Positions 48,129-59,954 of a DNA stretch of 64,000 nucleotides are shown here, in pieces. Both the position numbers and the translations under genes were made by a program. The notes below the pieces were generated by a model. It had not been told where the DNA came from and ran no database searches. It saw only the letters and a list, made by a program, of their open reading frames with translations. This stretch comes from Candidatus Eiseniibacteriota bacterium (GTDB lineage Bacteria > Eisenbacteria > RBG-16-71-46 > CAVPCR01): assembly GCA_963823555.1 (NCBI GenBank), contig CAWGMA010000002.1:416001-480000 (forward strand). The letters are read 5' to 3'. Within the stretch, counting starts at the first letter, position 1. Every line of letters begins with the position of its first letter.

Positions 48129-51100
48129 CTATCGCACGAGAATCAGCTTTCGCGTGGCCGTGCCGCTCGCGGCTTCGAGGCGGTAGAAGTAGACGCCCGC
48201 CGCCTGGTCGCGGCCGCGCCCATCACGGCCGTCCCAGGCCACCCGGTGCCGCCCCGCCGCTTCATGACCCGCGATGAGGGTTCGCACCAGGCGGCCGTCG
48301 GCCGAGTAGATCGCGAGCCGCACGCGGCCGGCAGCGGGAAGGGCATAGCCGATCGCGGTCGGGGGTCGGAAGGGATTGGGGCTGTTCTGTTCGAGAAGGA
48401 GCGCGGGCGCGGCCGGCACCGGGGTGTCGTCGAGTCCCACCTCGACCGGGGTCGTGTAGTTGGAGGTGTGGCGCGGGTCGTGGGCGAACTGGGTCCAGGC
48501 CAGAGCCGCGGCCGAGTAGGCGCTCCCGATCGCGAATACGTGTACCTCGCCGTCGTTCGTGCGCACCACGAGGTCGAACCGCCCGTCGCGGTCGATGTCG
48601 GTGGCGACCGGCGTCGCCTCGACCTCTCCCGAGAACAGGAGCGGCCAGCCCGGCTCCTCGGTACAGGTGCCGAGTAACGGATCCGCTTCGAACAGGAAGA
48701 GGCCGAATGTGCTCGACCCAGCTCCGATCTCGAGACCGGGATCCCCGTCCAGATTGGCGATGATCGGCTGCGCGTTCACGTTCTGCTGGCTCACGTTGGT
48801 CATGTTGAGTCCGGGGAGCGGGATCGTGTCGCGGCAATCGAGCGCGTAGCCGGAGGCGTTGTCGTGCTGGAAGACCAGGATGGTGGCAGCACCGAGCACC
48901 GGGGTCGAGGGCGGCGGCAGCGTGATCCCCGAGGTACCGATCAGGATCTCGAGATCTCCGTCGCCGTCGAGGTCGGCAAGGCTCGGCGGATGGATGTAAT
49001 TGCCTGGGCTGTAGAGATTCCCCGGGATGGCGAGATCCCCGACCCAGCTCCGTTCGATGGAGCCGGTCGCGGAGATGATGAAGATCGAGTTGGCTGCCGG
49101 TCCGGTGGAGGCATTGCCCTGTGCGACCACGACCTCGAGCATCCCATCCTGATCCACGTCCCCGATGGCGGGGTTGGACAGCGGCCGATTCGCTCCCACG
49201 TCGCGCGTCCAGAGCAGCGTGCCGTCTCCGCTCCAGGCGTAGACCTCCCCGCGGAAGGTGGGGAAGATCACCTCGGCCGTGAGTTCGTTGCCGTCGATGT
49301 CGGCAAGACCCGGGGTCGCGTAGTTGATGATCGAGCCGTTGGGGAGCGCAGCGAACGCGCCGCCGGGGAAGGCCGGGTTCACGGCGGTCCCGTCGTGGTG
49401 CCAGGCATAGAGGGTGTCCATGTCCGAACCCACGACGATCTCGTAGTCCCCGTCGCCATCGAGATCGCCGATCGCGGGCGAGGAGTACTTGGGAACGCAG
49501 CGGCGGCCGAAACGAAGATCTCCGGTCAGCGCGTCGACGACCCACAGCGAATCGTCCCAGGCGCTGATCGCGATCTCCACCCGGCCGTCGCCGTCGAGAT
49601 CGGCGGCGGCCGGCGAGCTGAAGAAGGCGCCCGTGGCGCCCTGCGTCATCTCATCGAGCGTGCGCCGCGGCCGGAAGATGGTGCCGTCCGGGTTCCCCGG
49701 GATGACCGGCGTGCCATCGGCATGCCAGCCGTAAAGGGCGTTACCGAGGGCGAAGATCTCGGGCCTCTGATCGCCATCGACATCCAGGACCAGGGGCGAG
49801 GATGGAGTGCCGGCATCCAGTGCCCGCGGCCAACCCGGGAGCTCGGGAATCCACGTGTCGGTGGTGGTGAATCCCGACCACGCGCTCTCGTTACCCGAGC
49901 TGTCGCGTGCAGCGACGGCGAAGACCCAGGTCGTGTCCGCGGCCAGGCCCGTATCCTGGAAGCTCCGGGTCGAGTCGCGGCCCGCGGCGGCGATCAGGGT
50001 GAACTCGGGCGCAGCGAGGAGACGCCGGTAGATGTTGTAGCCGGCCAGATCGGGGGCGCAGGCGGGCGCTGTCCAGCTGAGACGGATGCTGCCGCCGTGT
50101 ACCGCCTCGGCCTCGAGCCCGGTGGGCGGGCAGGGGCGCATGAGGTCGAGCGACGACTGCTCCCAGGTGCGGACCGAGCCATCGGGGAACTGGTTCGTCA
50201 AGGCCACGGTGAACCGCGCGGTCGTGGTATCGGTGCCGACGACGGCAAATGAATCCGCCGGAACACCGGTCTCCGAATTTCCCGCAAGGACGCCGAAAGT
50301 CACGACCGAGTCGGTGACGCTGCCGGTTCCGGACACGAGACGGAGCCTGGCCCCGGCCGCGCCGGCCACACCGCTCCCCGTGTTGCGGACCACGGGGCCG
50401 ATCGAACCCGCGCCGGCGATGATCGCGGCCTCTTGCCGCGCGTAGGTGAGGACGGGTGCGGCCGCCGGGAAGGAGAAGCTCGAGCGCCCGATCGGCGCAC
50501 TGGCTCCATCACGGATCTGCATCTCGAGACGTGGCTCGTGGCGATCGGGAATCTCCGCGGTGAAGCCCAGGACGAAGCGCGCCTCGGCCGTGGCTCCAGG
50601 CGCCATGTTGCCGAGGGCGGCCGTTGCGGCCGGAACGAGGGTCCAGGCTCCTTCCGCCGCGGTGAATTCCAGGCTGTCGACATCGCCGGCAACCTGGGCC
50701 GTGAAGGCGAAGGCCACCGAGTCGCGCCCGACGGTCACCCACTGGTCGCCGGGTTCGAGACCGCCGCCGGTTGCCGACGCGAAAGCACCGGGAATCTTGC
50801 AGCCGCCCGCAATGGTCATCCCCGGCGGCGCCGGCGCCGCCGGACCGCGCACGATCAGATGCCAGCGGTTGCCATCGCGCCAGATGAAGCCCCCGGCCTC
50901 GTTCGTGGTGATGAGGGCCTGTGGGCGGCCGTTCGGGCTCACGCCATGGAACTCATCCTCAGGGAAGCGGAACGTGCAGCCGTCACCGCCCGGCGGGTGT
51001 CCGTCGAACGCCCCGGCGAAGAGACGTTCGGGCGCGCACTGGCCATCGACCTCGGCACTGAGCGACACCGCGCCGACCACCTGGAGCTCGGCAGCGGCCC

Positions 51101-53594
51101 CGGTGGCGGGGGCCGTCCCCGAGTTGACGGTGGTCACCGCGAGCTTGAGCACCTCCCCGGCATCGGCGATGCCGTTCGCGTTGGCCACACCCGCCGAGTC
51201 GTCGTGGGCGACATGGCTCTGGTAGACGACATGCGGCGTGGCGCTCAGTCCCGGCGTGATGGTGGTCGTGGCCGGAGCGTGGGTGGGTGCCGTGGCGGTG
51301 ACGAGGACCGCGGACGGCCCGGGCAGGACGAGCGCGAAGCGAGCGATGCCATCCCCGTCCGTGGTCGCGAAGGCATAGGCCCGGTCTGCCTGGAGCAGGG
51401 CCACCCGGGCTCCGGGAATCACGCCCTGCGTGTCGAGATCGCGCACCGTGACGGCCACCGCGAGCTCCCCGGGAGTGAAGACCGGTGGCGTCACCTCGAG
51501 GAGCATGGTGCGCGGGGCGGTGGTCCATGGCTTGAGCTCCGGATCGCCGAGCAGTCCGAACGAGGAGACCGCGGACGCCGGGGCCGTCGAGACGCTCTGG
51601 GTCGCCATGCCCATCGCCTGCCCGATCGTCATCTCGGCGAGGAAGATGTTCTGGAAGGTGAGCGTGTCCACCTCCCCGGTGGTGTTGGAGATCGAACCGC
51701 TGCGCGTCTTGCCGATGTAGGCGGCGGCTCCCCCCGTAGGATTGAGCACCCAGTGCTCGGACACCGATTCGTAGTCGAAGGCATTGACGCCGGCGCCGGT
51801 CGAGTAGACGACCGACCAGTTGGGGCCGTTCCCGAGCAGATCGATGTACTCGCGCCCGAGCGCGCCGCCCGTGGTCGCCGCGCAGCCGAAGTTGCTGCTG
51901 GCTCCCCCCTCCTCGTAGGGGTTCGAGTGCTCGAAGTGCTGGACGAAGCCGACTCCGGCATCGAGCGCCGAGAACGCTGCGGTCGTGGTCCATTGCGTTT
52001 GCAGCGAGTCGGTGGTCTCGATGTAGGTCTGGTGGTAGGCGCAGGTCGGGCTGGGATTCAGCAAGCGCTGGTACAGGCGCGTGAATGCCATGTGCGGTGG
52101 GAGGATGCGGCGGATGATGGTCTCGCCGACGTAGAGGCCGTTGCAGCCCAGGCCCCAGGTCGGGCAGTTGGCGAGGCCATCCATGAGGAGCACTCGGTCG
52201 TAGTAGCCGGGGTCGAGACCGGTGAGATCGGCTCCTGGAGCTCGCTCGTACTCGAGCGTGCGCTCGACGAAGATATCCGCTTCCTCGCGGTTTTCCACCG
52301 GAGCCCGTCCAACCCAGATATCCCAGTAGGGATCGCTTGCCTCGGCATCGTCGAAGGGCTCGCCATAGACTCCGTCGCGATCCAGATCCCAGCTCGAATC
52401 GAGTCCGCCATAGTAGACATCGGACGGCGGGTGGCCGGCGCCGAGGGCGAGGCCGTTGAAGCGCCGCCCAGGGATGATGCGGAGATCGCCGCCGAGGAGT
52501 GCGTAGTCGGTTCCCCACTTCTGGAACGCGTCGATGAGGAAGGCGCGAATGCGGGATGCATCATCGTGCCCCGGGTAGTGGGCGCGGATCCAGCTCACGG
52601 TGCGGACCGCGGCCGGCGTTCCCTTCTGCGTCTTCCAGTCGGCCAGGCGCTGGAAGGCCTGGACGAGGTCGCCCACCGGACGACCGTCGACGGCGACCGA
52701 ATCGGTCACGATCACGTACTCCACGGGCGGCCCATCCACCGATGGGAACTCCGTGGGGGCGAACCCGGCATAGGGCCGAGGGGGATCGGATCCGGCCTTT
52801 CCCGCCGCGCGGGGGCCATAGAAGCGGGGAAGATCCTCCGGATTGGCGACGTGGCGCAGAAGCCACTCCGTCTCCTCCCCTCGAGCGGTGTCGAGCGAGC
52901 GTGCCGGATCGCGTTCCCGCGTTTCGCCCGGGCGAGCCGCCGGGGCATAGGCGAGGCGGATCTCGATCTCGCGGTGGAGACGCAGCTCACCCGCCGCGGC
53001 GACATACTGCACGGGGAAGACCAGCGCGCTGGCCATCACGATGCCGCGCATCGCGCCGGTCTCGCCGGCAAGGACGGTGACCTCGGGGAAGGGAGTGGTG
53101 GCGGAGTAGAGAATGGGATCGGGGGTCCCCGCTTCCGGACTGGAGGAGGCAGGATCATCGCCCGGCGGCGCGCCGAGCGGGTAGGGGAGGTGAAACCCCG
53201 GGAAGACGATGGGGGCTCCGCTCGTCACCGCCTCGACGGCGGCGAGCGACATCCCTGGCGGCAAGACGACCGACACCCGCCGCGCGGGCAGCGCGGGAGC
53301 GCCCGCTGCGAGGGGGTTCGACCGGTTCGATCCCGATCTCGCGCCGGCGGCAAGGGGATCGGCGACGAGCGGTGTCATGGCACCGCGGAGGGCGATCCGG
53401 TGGAATCCATCCTCCTCGGCGATCGCCACGTCAGCGGCCGAGAACTCGAGACGAACGACGATCTCGCCGGCCGGAGCCGCCGCCCGGGCGGTCCCCACCC
53501 CGAGCACCGCGAGCACGGCGCCGGTCGCGATGATGAGCTCCGGTCGTAGAGCGGGGGCGACGCGAACGCGAGGATGGCGCGGAGAGTGACTCAT
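48129..53594 (-). CDS. Large secreted C25 (gingipain-like) protein: propeptide, C25 domain, Ig/FN3, FG-GAP repeats, FlgD/T9SS-type C-terminal domain
   Basis: YVIVT, LADWKTQKG, YALLGGD, SDVYY, VGRAP, GAAAYIG, LLGDP, then QNSPNPF...GVYFYRL...RKLILVR. Confidence 0.85.
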   Translation of the reverse strand: MSHSPRHPRVRVAPALRPELIIATGAVLAVLGVGTARAAAPAGEIVVRLEFSAADVAIAEEDGFHRIALRGAMTPLVADPLAAGARSGSNRSNPLAAGAPALPARRVSVVLPPGMSLAAVEAVTSGAPIVFPGFHLPYPLGAPPGDDPASSSPEAGTPDPILYSATTPFPEVTVLAGETGAMRGIVMASALVFPVQYVAAAGELRLHREIEIRLAYAPAARPGETRERDPARSLDTARGEETEWLLRHVANPEDLPRFYGPRAAGKAGSDPPRPYAGFAPTEFPSVDGPPVEYVIVTDSVAVDGRPVGDLVQAFQRLADWKTQKGTPAAVRTVSWIRAHYPGHDDASRIRAFLIDAFQKWGTDYALLGGDLRIIPGRRFNGLALGAGHPPSDVYYGGLDSSWDLDRDGVYGEPFDDAEASDPYWDIWVGRAPVENREEADIFVERTLEYERAPGADLTGLDPGYYDRVLLMDGLANCPTWGLGCNGLYVGETIIRRILPPHMAFTRLYQRLLNPSPTCAYHQTYIETTDSLQTQWTTTAAFSALDAGVGFVQHFEHSNPYEEGGASSNFGCAATTGGALGREYIDLLGNGPNWSVVYSTGAGVNAFDYESVSEHWVLNPTGGAAAYIGKTRSGSISNTTGEVDTLTFQNIFLAEMTIGQAMGMATQSVSTAPASAVSSFGLLGDPELKPWTTAPRTMLLEVTPPVFTPGELAVAVTVRDLDTQGVIPGARVALLQADRAYAFATTDGDGIARFALVLPGPSAVLVTATAPTHAPATTTITPGLSATPHVVYQSHVAHDDSAGVANANGIADAGEVLKLAVTTVNSGTAPATGAAAELQVVGAVSLSAEVDGQCAPERLFAGAFDGHPPGGDGCTFRFPEDEFHGVSPNGRPQALITTNEAGGFIWRDGNRWHLIVRGPAAPAPPGMTIAGGCKIPGAFASATGGGLEPGDQWVTVGRDSVAFAFTAQVAGDVDSLEFTAAEGAWTLVPAATAALGNMAPGATAEARFVLGFTAEIPDRHEPRLEMQIRDGASAPIGRSSFSFPAAAPVLTYARQEAAIIAGAGSIGPVVRNTGSGVAGAAGARLRLVSGTGSVTDSVVTFGVLAGNSETGVPADSFAVVGTDTTTARFTVALTNQFPDGSVRTWEQSSLDLMRPCPPTGLEAEAVHGGSIRLSWTAPACAPDLAGYNIYRRLLAAPEFTLIAAAGRDSTRSFQDTGLAADTTWVFAVAARDSSGNESAWSGFTTTDTWIPELPGWPRALDAGTPSSPLVLDVDGDQRPEIFALGNALYGWHADGTPVIPGNPDGTIFRPRRTLDEMTQGATGAFFSSPAAADLDGDGRVEIAISAWDDSLWVVDALTGDLRFGRRCVPKYSSPAIGDLDGDGDYEIVVGSDMDTLYAWHHDGTAVNPAFPGGAFAALPNGSIINYATPGLADIDGNELTAEVIFPTFRGEVYAWSGDGTLLWTRDVGANRPLSNPAIGDVDQDGMLEVVVAQGNASTGPAANSIFIISATGSIERSWVGDLAIPGNLYSPGNYIHPPSLADLDGDGDLEILIGTSGITLPPPSTPVLGAATILVFQHDNASGYALDCRDTIPLPGLNMTNVSQQNVNAQPIIANLDGDPGLEIGAGSSTFGLFLFEADPLLGTCTEEPGWPLLFSGEVEATPVATDIDRDGRFDLVVRTNDGEVHVFAIGSAYSAAALAWTQFAHDPRHTSNYTTPVEVGLDDTPVPAAPALLLEQNSPNPFRPPTAIGYALPAAGRVRLAIYSADGRLVRTLIAGHEAAGRHRVAWDGRDGRGRDQAAGVYFYRLEAASGTATRKLILVR

Positions 53595-53973
53595 GGATGC
53601 TCGCTGGAAAGTCGGTGGGAGAGGCAAGGGGGACTCGGAAGCGGCACTCGTTCATTCTACGTCGGAGGGGCCAGCAAGGCAAGTCGCACTCCCATCCAAT
53701 GGCCGCAGTGACAAGCGATTGCATGCTGCGTCCCGTTTCGGTCCAGGGCCGCGTCGCGGCCGCCCGATCCGGCGGGGTGGTTTCCCCCTGGTGGTTTCCG
53801 CGCTGGCGGCCGGATGGCACCAGGATTTACAATCACACGCTGTGGGCCGGGTCGGCTTCGCCCCCGCTGGGCCGGCTCCGGATCCCCGATCGACGCGCCC
53901 TCAGTCGGGCGCCGCTTCGATTGCGCAACCCGGGCCGCCATCCCTTAGGTTCATCCACCGAGACAGGATCCCC

Positions 53974-55446
53974 ATGCCACGAACGCGGACCCATCGGCTG
54001 CTCCGTGCGCCGGGTGCCGTCATCATCCTGGCTGCAGCGCTGATCCAGCTTGGAGCGGCCGACCTCCTCCGGGCCGACGTCGAGGTGCTGGTCCACGGCG
54101 GGGTGCGAACCATTCTCGCCCGCGGCGGTGATCCGCTCCAGGGCGGCGGCACGCTGCGGGACAGGTTCGACAAGGTCTACTGGGTGCCGGGAGTCTTCAA
54201 CGACCAGGGCTACCTCTTCCTGAACCACGAGATCGCCACTCCCGGTGGCGGGCTCAGCCGGCTGTCCTATGGCAACGGCACTATCTACCAGCGCATCAAC
54301 TGGGTGACGGGGACTCACTTCAACTGCTCGGGGATCTTCACCCCCTGGCGTACGATCCTGTCGTGCGAGGAGCACCCGCCCGACACGACGCTCACGGTGG
54401 GGCACGTCCTCGAGGTGAGCATCACCCAGCCCGAGGTCTACTGGCGGCGGGAGGCGCTCGGGCGCTTCTCGCATGAGGGCGTCATCGAGGATCCGGTAAC
54501 GGGTGACATCTACATGACGGATGACTCCTACTATGGGGTCTTCTTCAAGTTCGTGCCGGTCGAGCGCGGGGATCTGAGCGCGGGGGAGCTGTATGCGCTC
54601 CGCGAACCGACGCGGGACTGGGTGCTCGTGACCGACATGGTGCACACCGAGCAGCAGGCGCTCGCGCTGGGGGCGACCTATCATCCGCGGCCGGAGGACC
54701 TGGTCTACAACCCGGTCGACGATGCCATCTACATCACGGTCACCGGGAACTACAACAATCCCGACCAGCGGCTCGGCTACATCCTGCGTTTCGACCCTCG
54801 GGTCAACTACATGGAACGCTGGCTCGAGTGCGACGGCGACGTGCTCGCCAATCCCGACAACCTCGAGGTCGACTCCTACGGGAATCTCCTCGTCCACGAG
54901 GATCAGTATCCGGGCAACGTGGCGGCGTACGGGCCCAACGAGCTCCTCCTCGTGCGTCCCGATCTGGAGATCGTGCCGGTTCTCCGTGGCCTCGATCCCT
55001 ACGGCGAGGTCACCGGCATGGACTGGGGCGACACGGAGTGGCGCTTCTTCATCAACTGGATGAGTGGCGCCAATGGCAGCGAACTCCTGCAGATCGACTG
55101 CCCGGCCGGCTGGAACCGCCCGGTGGGTGTGGAGCCGGCGTCGCTCCCGCCGGTGACCGAGCTCAGGCTGGCGGTCGAGCCCAATCCGTTCATGGATCGG
55201 GCCCGGCTCCATGCCGAGCTGCCCGGTCCCATGCACACCGCCGGCGATCGCGTCAGCCTCCGGATCTACGACGTGCGCGGCGTTCTCTGGCGGACGCTCC
55301 TCGATGGGCCGCTGAGCGGGAGTCGCATCGATGCGGTCTGGGACGGCCGGGACGCCGGATCGCGCCCCGCCCCGCGCGGTACGTACTTCGCCCGCCTCTC
55401 GACGCCGGAACGCACGATCGCCGAGAAGCTGCTCCTTCTCAGGTAG
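53974..55446 (+). CDS. PhoX-like (DUF839) phosphatase with FlgD/T9SS-type C-terminal domain
   Basis: NHE, NCSG..TPW.T.LSCEE, GRFSHEG, RPED, NPDNL, GEVTG, PNPF...KLLLLR. Confidence 0.82.
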   Translation: MPRTRTHRLLRAPGAVIILAAALIQLGAADLLRADVEVLVHGGVRTILARGGDPLQGGGTLRDRFDKVYWVPGVFNDQGYLFLNHEIATPGGGLSRLSYGNGTIYQRINWVTGTHFNCSGIFTPWRTILSCEEHPPDTTLTVGHVLEVSITQPEVYWRREALGRFSHEGVIEDPVTGDIYMTDDSYYGVFFKFVPVERGDLSAGELYALREPTRDWVLVTDMVHTEQQALALGATYHPRPEDLVYNPVDDAIYITVTGNYNNPDQRLGYILRFDPRVNYMERWLECDGDVLANPDNLEVDSYGNLLVHEDQYPGNVAAYGPNELLLVRPDLEIVPVLRGLDPYGEVTGMDWGDTEWRFFINWMSGANGSELLQIDCPAGWNRPVGVEPASLPPVTELRLAVEPNPFMDRARLHAELPGPMHTAGDRVSLRIYDVRGVLWRTLLDGPLSGSRIDAVWDGRDAGSRPAPRGTYFARLSTPERTIAEKLLLLR

Positions 55447-55482
55447 TCGCGCTCGGGACCGCGTCCGGAGATCGGCGGCCCT

Positions 55483-56712
55483 TCACGCGCGCCCGGAGGC
55501 CGCCGCGGTCCGCGCGATGACCTCGAGCAGGCGATCCCCGATCCGATCCCACGAGTAGCGCTGCCGCGCCCACTCGCCCCCCGCCGCGCCGAGATCCCGG
55601 CGTCGAGCCGGATCGCGGAGGAGCTCGATCACCGCTCGGGCGAACTCGACATCGCCGTCCGCGATCACGAGATGCTTTCCGGATTCCGCGCCGAGCCCGG
55701 CCGCCCCGGCCGATGTCGCCACCACCGCACGGCGCCAGCTGAGCGCCTCGAGGATCTTGATGCGTGTTCCGCCGCCGAAGCGAATGGGAACGACGAGCAT
55801 GGCGGCCGATTGGAACCAGGGGGCCACTTCGGGGACGAAGCCGGTGACGGTGACGCCCGGCCGTCGACCGAGGGCGAGAACTTCCGCTCCCGGGTGGTTG
55901 CCGACGATCGCAACCTCGACCTCCGGCACCTGCTCCCTGATCCGGGGCAGGATCAGGTCACAGAAGTGGAGCGCGGAATCGGCGTTCGGCAGATAGCCCA
56001 TGTCGCCGAGGAGGAGCAGCCGCGACGGCACTTCCGCCGCTCGCGGCGCGTCATCCACGGCGAACTGGACTCCGTTCGGTAGCGCATGGATGCGCTCGCG
56101 CGCGGTGGGGGGAAAGTGAACGCGATCCTCCTCGGCGGCCACGAACGCGGCGGTTGCGCCCCGGGCGATCCAGTTCTCCCAGCCGTGGAGCTTCCTGCTC
56201 TCCACCCGATCGAGGAACGCGGTGAGGCGGCCCACCGTGTGCGAGCTCTGGGCGGCGAACTTGACATGCTCGACATCATCGAAGTCGACGAGGATCGGGC
56301 GCTCACCGGCGATCCGGGCGACGAGCGGATAGAGATAGGTCCGGAAGCAGAAGGCCAGGTCGAAGGGATTTCCAGCCAGCTCGGCCACCGCGCGCTCGAC
56401 CTCGGGGGTCGAGTGGATGCGCACGAGGTTGGGCCGGCTCGAGAGGACCTTGATCGCGGCGTGGGCCAGGTCCTCGGCAACCCCGGTGCGGCGCGTGGGA
56501 TCCCAGACCTGAAGCGGTGGCGGCAGGCGCGTGAGCCGGGCGCCCGCGGCCTCGAGCTCCGGGCAGTCGACGGGATCCTCGCTCTGCGCCATCGCCGCCA
56601 GGTGGACCTCGTGCTCACGCGCGAGCTGGCGCACGATGTTGAAGAGCCGGATCTTGATGCCCTTGATCAGCGGATAGGGAAAGACGGGCGACACGACGAG
56701 AATGCGCATCAC
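55483..56712 (-). CDS. GT4-family glycosyltransferase
   Basis: MRILVVSP.FPYP, GDMGYLPN, GGGTRIKILEA, YSWD. Confidence 0.88.
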   Translation of the reverse strand: MMRILVVSPVFPYPLIKGIKIRLFNIVRQLAREHEVHLAAMAQSEDPVDCPELEAAGARLTRLPPPLQVWDPTRRTGVAEDLAHAAIKVLSSRPNLVRIHSTPEVERAVAELAGNPFDLAFCFRTYLYPLVARIAGERPILVDFDDVEHVKFAAQSSHTVGRLTAFLDRVESRKLHGWENWIARGATAAFVAAEEDRVHFPPTARERIHALPNGVQFAVDDAPRAAEVPSRLLLLGDMGYLPNADSALHFCDLILPRIREQVPEVEVAIVGNHPGAEVLALGRRPGVTVTGFVPEVAPWFQSAAMLVVPIRFGGGTRIKILEALSWRRAVVATSAGAAGLGAESGKHLVIADGDVEFARAVIELLRDPARRRDLGAAGGEWARQRYSWDRIGDRLLEVIARTAAASGRA

Positions 56713-56764
56713 CCGGGAGGATCGACCCTTTCGGGTCTCTTGACAAGTCCTCCCCGCGGGCCGC

Positions 56765-58126
56765 TCAGGCTCCGGAGACGATCATCCTCGCGATCTTGAT
56801 CGTGGGCGAGCGCACCGCGCCCCAGCCGTGGTGGATGTCGTTCCCGACCATGGTCACCCCGCGCAGCATGTCCTCGATGTTGCCGGCGACGGTGATCTCG
56901 GCGACCGGGCGGGCGAGCTTGCCGTTCTCGATCCACAACCCGGCCGCGCCGCGCGAGTAGTCGCCCTTCACCAGGTTGATCCCGAACCCCATCATGCTCG
57001 TGACATAGAGGCCGTCGGGGACCGAGGCGATGATCTCCTCGGGATCGTGGGAGCCCGGTTCGAGGAAGAGATTGCTCGGCCCCACGCGGGGCTCCGAGCT
57101 CGTACCGCGCGCGGCGTTGCCCGTCGTCGGCAGCCCGAGGCGGCGGGCGGAGTAGGTGGAGGTGAGGAACCGGCGGAGGACACCGCGCTCGACGACGATG
57201 TTCCGCCGCGAGCGGACTCCCTCGCCATCGAAGGGGCGGGAGCCGAGCTCGCCGGGGCGCAGCGGATCGTCGATGAGGGTCACCAGCTCCGAGCCGATGG
57301 TGTCACCGATGCGGTCGGCCAGGAAGGTCTGCCGGCGCCACACCATGTCGCCGCTCATCGCCATGAAGCAGGTGCGCACCAGGCCGGCGGCCATCAACGG
57401 ATCGAAGACCACCGGGACCTCGCGAGTGGCCGGCTTGTCGGGATCGAGGCGGAGGAGCGTGCGGCGTGCGGCCTCGCGGCCGACCGCGGCGGGATCGGCG
57501 AGATCCGTGGCGCGGCGGCCGACCGAGAACCAGTAGTCGGTCTGCTTCTTGTCCCCGGCGTCGACCACGGGCGAGACCGAGAGGCTGACCGTGGACTCCC
57601 GGTAGGAGCCGCTGAAGCCGAGCGAGTTGGCCAGCACCCGGGTGTTGATCGAGCTCGAGTACTCCGCTCCCGAGGAGTTGGTGATGCGCGCATCGTAATC
57701 GAACGCCGCCTGCTCGGCCGCGCGGGCCATCGCCACCCGCTCCTCGGTGGGGGTGGCCTCGATCGCCGGGTCGTAGAGCCCGAGATCGGGTGCCGCGGCG
57801 GGATCGGCCAGGTCCTCGGCGCCCGGCAGCCCGCTCGCCTCGTCGTCTCCCGTGATCGCGGCCATCTCGAGTGATTCCTTGACGAAGCGATCCACGGCAT
57901 CCAGGTCGAAGTCCGAGGTGTAGGACAGGAACTTCTTCTGCCCCTTGAAGACGCGGATGCCCATCGCCTTCGATGTGGCCTCGGTCAGGGTCTCGATCTC
58001 GCCCAGGCGCACGGTGGCGCTGAAGTCGCTGCCGCTTGCGATCAGAGCCTCGGCATGATCCGCGCCGCGCTTCTTCGCCATGCGGACCACCTCGGCCGCG
58101 AAGTCCTCGTAGTGCTTCTCGTCCAT
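56765..58126 (-). CDS. pmbA: TldE/PmbA subunit
   Basis: VRLGEIE, SRPFDGEG, TGNAAR, GDYSRGAAG, EITVAGN. No HExxxH motif. Confidence 0.9.
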   Translation of the reverse strand: MDEKHYEDFAAEVVRMAKKRGADHAEALIASGSDFSATVRLGEIETLTEATSKAMGIRVFKGQKKFLSYTSDFDLDAVDRFVKESLEMAAITGDDEASGLPGAEDLADPAAAPDLGLYDPAIEATPTEERVAMARAAEQAAFDYDARITNSSGAEYSSSINTRVLANSLGFSGSYRESTVSLSVSPVVDAGDKKQTDYWFSVGRRATDLADPAAVGREAARRTLLRLDPDKPATREVPVVFDPLMAAGLVRTCFMAMSGDMVWRRQTFLADRIGDTIGSELVTLIDDPLRPGELGSRPFDGEGVRSRRNIVVERGVLRRFLTSTYSARRLGLPTTGNAARGTSSEPRVGPSNLFLEPGSHDPEEIIASVPDGLYVTSMMGFGINLVKGDYSRGAAGLWIENGKLARPVAEITVAGNIEDMLRGVTMVGNDIHHGWGAVRSPTIKIARMIVSGA

Positions 58127-58159
58127 CTTTGAGCTCCTGCCGCCTTCCAGCACCCGGCG

Positions 58160-59731
<1,572 letters not shown>

Positions 59732-59851
59732 GGAATCTCCTCCCGGGTCGGACGGCTCGGCAGAGGGCGAGTCGTTCTGGTGAGCCGGGCGCGCCCGGCT
59801 CGGCGGCGAATGGCAGGGGGCTGGGGACGCGAAAGCTGGGGGGGTCGTCGG

Positions 59852-59880
59852 ATTATAGGAAATCAGGGCCGGCAGCCCAA
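59852..59880 (-). promoter_or_regulatory. Candidate sigma70 promoter of tldD-tldE
   Basis: TTGGGC-N17-TATAAT on the minus strand. Confidence 0.55.
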
Positions 59881-59911
59881 GGGAAAGGTCGGGGGGGCGG
59901 GTCTTGTGACG

Positions 59912-59954
59912 AAAAAGGCGAGGGCGGGGCCTCCGTTGCCGGATGCCCCGCCCT
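59912..59954 (-). terminator. Intrinsic terminator
   Basis: AGGGCGGGGC-A-TCCG-GCAA-CGGA-G-GCCCCGCCCT followed by CGCCTTTTT. Confidence 0.75.

Noticed and set aside
50433..53549. Long antisense or alternative-frame ORFs (for example 1038 aa here, also 612-2576, 43840-46140, 61003-62931)
   Set aside because: These are shadow ORFs expected in high-GC DNA opposite genes with clear family motifs.
59803..59885. GGACGCGAAAGC resembling a c-di-GMP-I riboswitch
   Set aside because: The GNRA-capped stem and remaining pairings are missing, and it is on the wrong strand for tldD.
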